Assembly: GCA_964016885.1 (NCBI GenBank)
Contig: OZ024744.1
Location: 47,058,001-47,122,000 of the forward strand
Length of the DNA stretch: 64,000 bases
Direction of reading: 5' to 3'
From: Eledone cirrhosa
Taxonomy: Eukaryota
In this document: piece after piece, positions 59,881 through 64,000 of the stretch
Layout of the letters: the number at the start of each line of letters is the position of its first letter
Position numbering within the stretch: position 1 is the stretch's first letter
The notes under the pieces: generated by a model
Seen by the model: only the letters and a program-made list of their open reading frames with translations
What the model was told of the DNA's origin: nothing
The model's database searches: none
Translations under genes and position numbers: made by a program

Positions 59881-62800
59881 GGACTGTGTGCTTTTTTCTG
59901 TGTCTTTCACACCTCCACTTTACAGTGTGGGCTGGGTGCTTTTTGCTGTGTCTTTCACACGTCCACTTTACAGTGTGTGCTGGGTGCTTTTTGCTGTGTC
60001 TTTCACATGTCCACTTCACAGTGTGGGCTGGGTGCTTCTTGCTGTGTCTTTCTCACGTCCACTTCACAGTGTGGGCTGGGTGCTTTTTGCTGTGTCTTTC
60101 ACATGTCCACTTTACAATGTGGGCTGGGTGCTTTTTGCTGTGTCTTTCACATGTCCACTTTACAATCTGGGCTGGGTGCTTTTTGCTGTGTCTTTCACAT
60201 ATCCACTTTACAGTGTGGGCTGGGCGCTTTTTGCAGTGTCTTTCACACGTCAACTTTACAGTGTGGGCTGGGTGCTTTTTGCTGTGTCTTTCACATGTCC
60301 ACTTTACAGTGTGGGCTGGGTGCTTTTTGCAGTGTCTTTCACACGTCCACTTTACAGTGTGGGCTGGGTGCTTTTTGCTGTGTCTTTCACATGTCCACTT
60401 TACAGTGTGGGCTGTGTGCTTTTTGCAGTGTCTTTCACACGTCCACTTTACAGTGTGGGCTGGGTGCTTTTTGCTGTGTCTTTCACATGTCCACTTCACA
60501 GTGTGGGCTGGGTGCTTTTTGCTGTGTCTTTCACATGTCCACTTTACAGTGTGGGCTGGGTGCTTTTTTCAGTGTTTTTCACATGTCCACTTTACAGTGT
60601 GGGCTGGGCGCTTTTTGCAGAGTCTTTCAAACGTCAACTTTACAGTGTGGGCTGGGTGCTTTTTACTGTGTCTTTCACATGTCCACTTTTACAGTGTGGG
60701 CTGGGTGCTTGTTGCTGTGTCTTTCTCACGTCCACTTTACAGTGTGGGCTGGGTGCTTTTTGCTGTGTCTTTCACATGTCCACTTTACAGTGTGGGCTGG
60801 GTGCTTTTTTCAGTGTCTTTCACACGTCCTCTTTACAGTGTGGGCTGGGTGCTTGTTGCTGTGTCTTTCTCACGTCCACTTTACAGTGTGGGCTGGGCGC
60901 TTTTTGCAGTGTCTTTCACACGTCCTCTTTACAGTGTGGGCTGGGTGCTTTTTGCTGTGTCTTTCACATGTCCTGTTTACAGTGTGGGCTGGGCGCTTTT
61001 TGCAGTGTCTTTCAAACGTCAACTTTACAGTGTGGGCTGGGTGATTTTTACTGTGTCTTTCACATGTCCACTTTACAGTGTGGGCTGGGTGCTTTTTGCT
61101 GTGTCTTTCACATGTCCACTTTACAATGTGGGCTGGGTGCTTTTTGCTGTGTCTTTCACATGTCCACTTTACAGTGTGGGCTGGGTGCTTCTTGCAGTGT
61201 CTTTCACATGTCCACTTTACAGTGTGGGCTGGGTGCTTTTTGCTGTGTCTTTCACATGTCCACTTTACAGTGTGGGCTGGGTGCTTTTTGCTGTGCCTTT
61301 CACATGTCCACTTTATAGTGTGGGCTGGGTGCTTTTTGCAGTGTCTTTCACACGTCCACTTTACAGTTTGGGCTGGGTGCTTTTGCTGTGTCTTTCACAT
61401 GTCCACTTTACAGTGTGGGCTGGGTGCTTTTGCTGTGTCTTTCACATGTCTACTTTACAATGTGGGCTGGGTGCTTTTTGCTGTGTCTTTCACATGTCCA
61501 CTTTACAGTGTGGGCTGGGTGCTTCTTGCAGTGTCTTTCACATGTACACTTTACAGTGTGGGCTGGGTGCTTTTTGCTGTGTCTTTCACATGTCCACTTT
61601 ACAGTGTGGGCTGGGTGCTTTTTGCTGTGTCTTTCACGTGCCCACTTCACAGTGTGGGCTGGGTACTTTTTGCTGTGTCTTTCACATGTCCACTTTACAA
61701 TGTGGGCTGGGTGCTTTTTGCTGTGTCTTTCACATGTCCACTTTACAATGTGGGCTGTGTGCTTTTTGCTGTGTCTTTCACATGTCCACTTTACAGTGTG
61801 GACTCGGTGCTTTTTGCTGTGTCTTTCACCTGTCCACTTTACAGTGTGGGCTGGGTGCTTTTTGCTGAGTCTTTCACATGTCCACTTTACAGTGTGGGCT
61901 GGGTGCTTTTTGCAGTGTCTTTCACACGTCCACTTTATAGTGTGGGCTGGGTGCTTTTTGCTGTGTCTTTCACATGTCCACTTTACAGTGTGGGCTGGGT
62001 GCTTTTTGCTGTGTCTTTCACATGTCCACTTTACAATGTGCGCCGGGTGCTTTTTGCTGTGTCTTTCACATGTCCACTTTACAGTGTCGGCTGGGTGCTT
62101 GTTGCTGTGTCTTTCTCACGTCCAAATTACAGTGTGGGCTGGGTGATTTTTGCTGTGTCTTTCACATATACACTTTACAGTGTGGGCTGGGTGCTTTTTG
62201 CAGTGTCTTTCACACGTCCACTTTACAGTGTGGGCTGGGTGCTTTTTACTGTGTCTTTCACATGTCCACTTTACAGTGTGGGCTGGGTGCTTTTTGCTGT
62301 GTCTTTCACATGTCCACTTTACAGTGTGGGCTGGGTGCGTTTTGCTGTGTCTTTCACATGTCCACTTTAGAGTGTGGACTGTGTGCTTTTTGCTTTGTCT
62401 TTCACACCTCAACTTTACAGTGTGGGCTGGGTGCTTTTTGCTGTGTCTTTCACACGTCCACTTTACAGTGTGTGCTGGGTGCTTTTTGCTGTGTCTTTCA
62501 CATGTCCACTTCACAGTGTGGGCTGGGTGCTTCTTGCTGTGTCTTTCTCACGTCCACTTCACAGTGTGGGCTGGGTGCTTTTTGCTGTGTCTTTCACATG
62601 TCCACTTTACAATGTGGGCTGGGTGCTTTTTGCTGTGTCTTTCACATGTCCACTTTACAATCTGGGCTGGGTGCTTTTTGCTGTGTCTTTCACATATCCA
62701 CTTCACAGTGTGGGCTGGGCGCTTTTTGCAGTGTCTTTCACACGTCAACTTTACAGTGTGGGCTGGGTGCTTTTTGCTGTGTCTTTCACATGTCCACTTG

Positions 62801-63560
62801 ACAGTGTGGGCTGGGTGCTTTTTGCAGTGTCTTTCACACGTCCACTTTACAGTGTGGGCTGGGTGCTTTTTGCTGTGTCTTTCACATGTCCACTTTACAG
62901 TGTGGGCTGTGTGCTTTTTGCAGTGTCTTTCACACGTCCACTTTACAGTGTGGGCTGGGTGCTTTTTGCTGTGTCTTTCACATGTCCACTTCACAGTGTG
63001 GGCTGGGTGCTTTTTGCTGTGTCTTTCACATGTCCACTTTACAGTGTGGGCTGGGTGCTTTTTTCAGTGTTTTTCACATGTCCACTTTACAGTGTGGGCT
63101 GGGCGCTTTTTGCAGTGTCTTTCAAACGTCAACTTTACAGTGTGGGCTGGGTGCTTTTTACTGTGTCTTTCACATGTCCACTTTTACAGTGTGGGCTGGG
63201 TGCTTGTTGCTGTGTCTTTCTCACGTCCACTTTACAGTGTGGGCTGGGTGCTTTTTGCTGTGTCTTTCACATGTCCACTTTACAGTGTGGGCTGGGTGCT
63301 TTTTTCAGTGTCTTTCACACGTCCTCTTTACAGTGTGGGCTGGGTGCTTGTTGCTGTGTCTTTCTCACGTCCACTTTACAGTGTGGGCTGGGCGCTTTTT
63401 GCAGTGTCTTTCACACGTCCTCTTTACAGTGTGGGCTGGGTGCTTTTTGCTGTGTCTTTCACATGTCCACTTTACAGTGTGGGCTGGGCGCTTTTTGCAG
63501 TGTCTTTCAAACGTCAACTTTACAGTGTGGGCTGGGTGCTTTTTACTGTGTCTTTCACAT
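59720..63560. repeat. Duplication of about 59720-61060 at +2495 (52 monomers minus 1 bp)
   Basis: ORFs 60053..60499 and 62548..62994 are identical. The private insertion CCACTTTTAC occurs at about 60683 and 63178. Confidence 0.82.
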
Positions 63561-64000
63561 GTCCACTTTACAGTGTGGGCTGGGTGCTTTTTGCTGTGTC
63601 TTTCACATGTCTACTTTACAGTGTGGGCTGGGTGCGTTTCGCTGTGTCTTTCACATGTCCACTTTACAGTGTGGACTGTGTGCTTTTTGCTGTGTCTTTC
63701 ACACCTCCACTTTACAGTGTGGGCTGGGTGCTTTTTTCTGTGTCTTTCACACGTCCACTTTACATTGTGGGCTGGGTGATTGTTGCTGTGTCTTTCTCAC
63801 GTCCACTTTACAGTGTGGGCTGGGTGCTTTTTGCTGTGTCTTTCACATGTCCACTTTACAGTGTGGGCTGGGTGCTTTTTTCAGTGTTTTTCACATGTCC
63901 ACTTTACAGTGTGGGCTGGGCGCTTTTTGCAGTGTCTTTCAAACGTCAACTTTACAGTGTGGGCTGGGTGCTTTTTTCAGTGTCTTTCACACGTCCTCTT

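Larger units (their letters stand above)
1..64000. repeat. 48-bp tandem satellite array, about 1,334 head-to-tail monomers, running off both ends of the window
   Basis: The consensus CTGTGTCTTTCACATGTCCACTTTACAGTGTGGGCTGGGTGCTTTTTG recurs every 48 bp from position 1 to 64000 in one orientation, typically with 0-4 substitutions and occasional 1-2 bp indels. All ORF translations are 16-aa periodic. Confidence 0.99.

Noticed and set aside
3-63779. Hundreds of long ORFs (up to 1145 aa) as protein-coding genes
   Set aside because: They overlap in all three plus frames, are pure 16-aa repeats, switch between the three peptide patterns at indels and have no unique domain. They follow from a stop-free 48-bp monomer.
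1-64000. CRISPR array or variable-cassette system
   Set aside because: There are no unique spacers, variation is scattered point change across the monomer, and no cas, recombinase or reverse transcriptase gene is present.
1-64000. Telomeric repeat, rDNA/5S or tRNA-derived array
   Set aside because: I saw no TTAGGG-type unit, no recognisable rRNA or tRNA sequence and no convincing Pol III A/B boxes.

Overview
The whole 64 kb is one uninterrupted head-to-tail satellite array of a 48-bp monomer (consensus CTGTGTCTTTCACATGTCCACTTTACAGTGTGGGCTGGGTGCTTTTTG; about 1,334 copies by my phase count; 23/48 GC; top strand T20:A5). I saw no unique sequence, inversion, insertion, gene, RNA gene or CRISPR spacer. 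The ORF track is a by-product: 48 is divisible by 3 and the consensus has no stop in four of six frames. The real structure lies in the variants: recurrent monomer subtypes arranged in ordered 3-mer, 5-mer and about 10-mer cassettes; nested duplications with offsets of 1 to about 200 monomers; regional turnover of diagnostic variants; one site showing a CpG-decay pattern; and a 15.6-kb stretch where indels cancel in pairs. The most speculative observation is that each monomer resembles a V(D)J 23-type recombination signal on the minus strand. The source is probably a eukaryote with CpG methylation, but I cannot name the species or satellite family, and I found no protein-coding system.
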